Positions 63,671-64,000 of a stretch of DNA of 64,000 nt are shown here, piece by piece. Under the pieces are notes generated by a model. The model saw only the letters and a list, made by a program, of their open reading frames with translations. It did no database searches and was not told the DNA's origin. This stretch comes from Podarcis filfolensis (Eukaryota), in NCBI GenBank assembly GCA_964270895.1, contig OZ185442.1. One strand, given 5' to 3'. The stretch's first letter is position 1, and the number at the start of each line of letters is the position of its first letter. The position numbers and the translations under genes were made by a program.

Positions 63671-64000
63671 GAACATGCTAGAAATGTGGACCTGGGAGAG
63701 CATGTTTTCATTGTTAGCTCCTCACTTGTAGAATGCTGCCTCCAGGATGATCATCTGGTATCATCTGTCTTTTAGTTTTAGGTACCAGGCAAAAAGAAAA
63801 AAATCCTTTCCACCAGGGCTCTGGAAACATTTTGTGGTAGTGTAGCCAATCTGGTAACACAGAGCTTCACCAGCATTGGTGCAGCCTACCTGGATGGGAC
63901 TGGAAGTGGGGCTGGGGGTGCTGTGTGGGCACATTGGCAGAAGCAATCTAACACTCCCGTTGGTACATCCACAGAGTCCCCCCCATCCTGTCAAACTGCA

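Noticed and set aside
1-64000. CRISPR arrays, prokaryotic operons, endogenous non-retroviral virus genes, known miRNA or snRNA genes
   Set aside because: No regularly spaced repeat-spacer array, no long intact ORFs, no recognisable viral motifs, and no mature miRNA or U-snRNA sequence that I could recognise by eye.

Overview
This is vertebrate non-coding DNA, most likely from a squamate and probably a lacertid-type lizard. The taxon call is inferred from the repeats: Sauria SINE/Squam1 copies, Squam3-like SINEs with (CTT)n tails, a BovB RTE fragment with a (CAA)n tail, and CR1, L2, L1 and RTE remnants. I found no protein-coding gene I can support. The only ORF-track peptides I recognise are decayed retrotransposon proteins: CR1 RT, L1 ORF1 and ORF2, and RTE/BovB C-termini. 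The other ORFs look like chance, microsatellite or LTR-derived frames. The window reads as a large intron or gene desert: many SINEs, LINE fragments, TA-flanked MITEs and solo-LTR-like elements, separated by repeat-free islands rich in developmental transcription-factor motifs (candidate conserved enhancers). I did not find a demonstrable new biological system. The best leads are: a CpG-retaining segment with a perfect 48-bp direct repeat (34975-35228); a twin-hairpin CpG-rich island (39769-39854); two frame-compatible candidate exons (14977-15313 and 23875-24049); and several motif-dense candidate enhancers. All were found by eye. Repeat boundaries are approximate unless a TSD or TIR is quoted, and conservation could not be computed.
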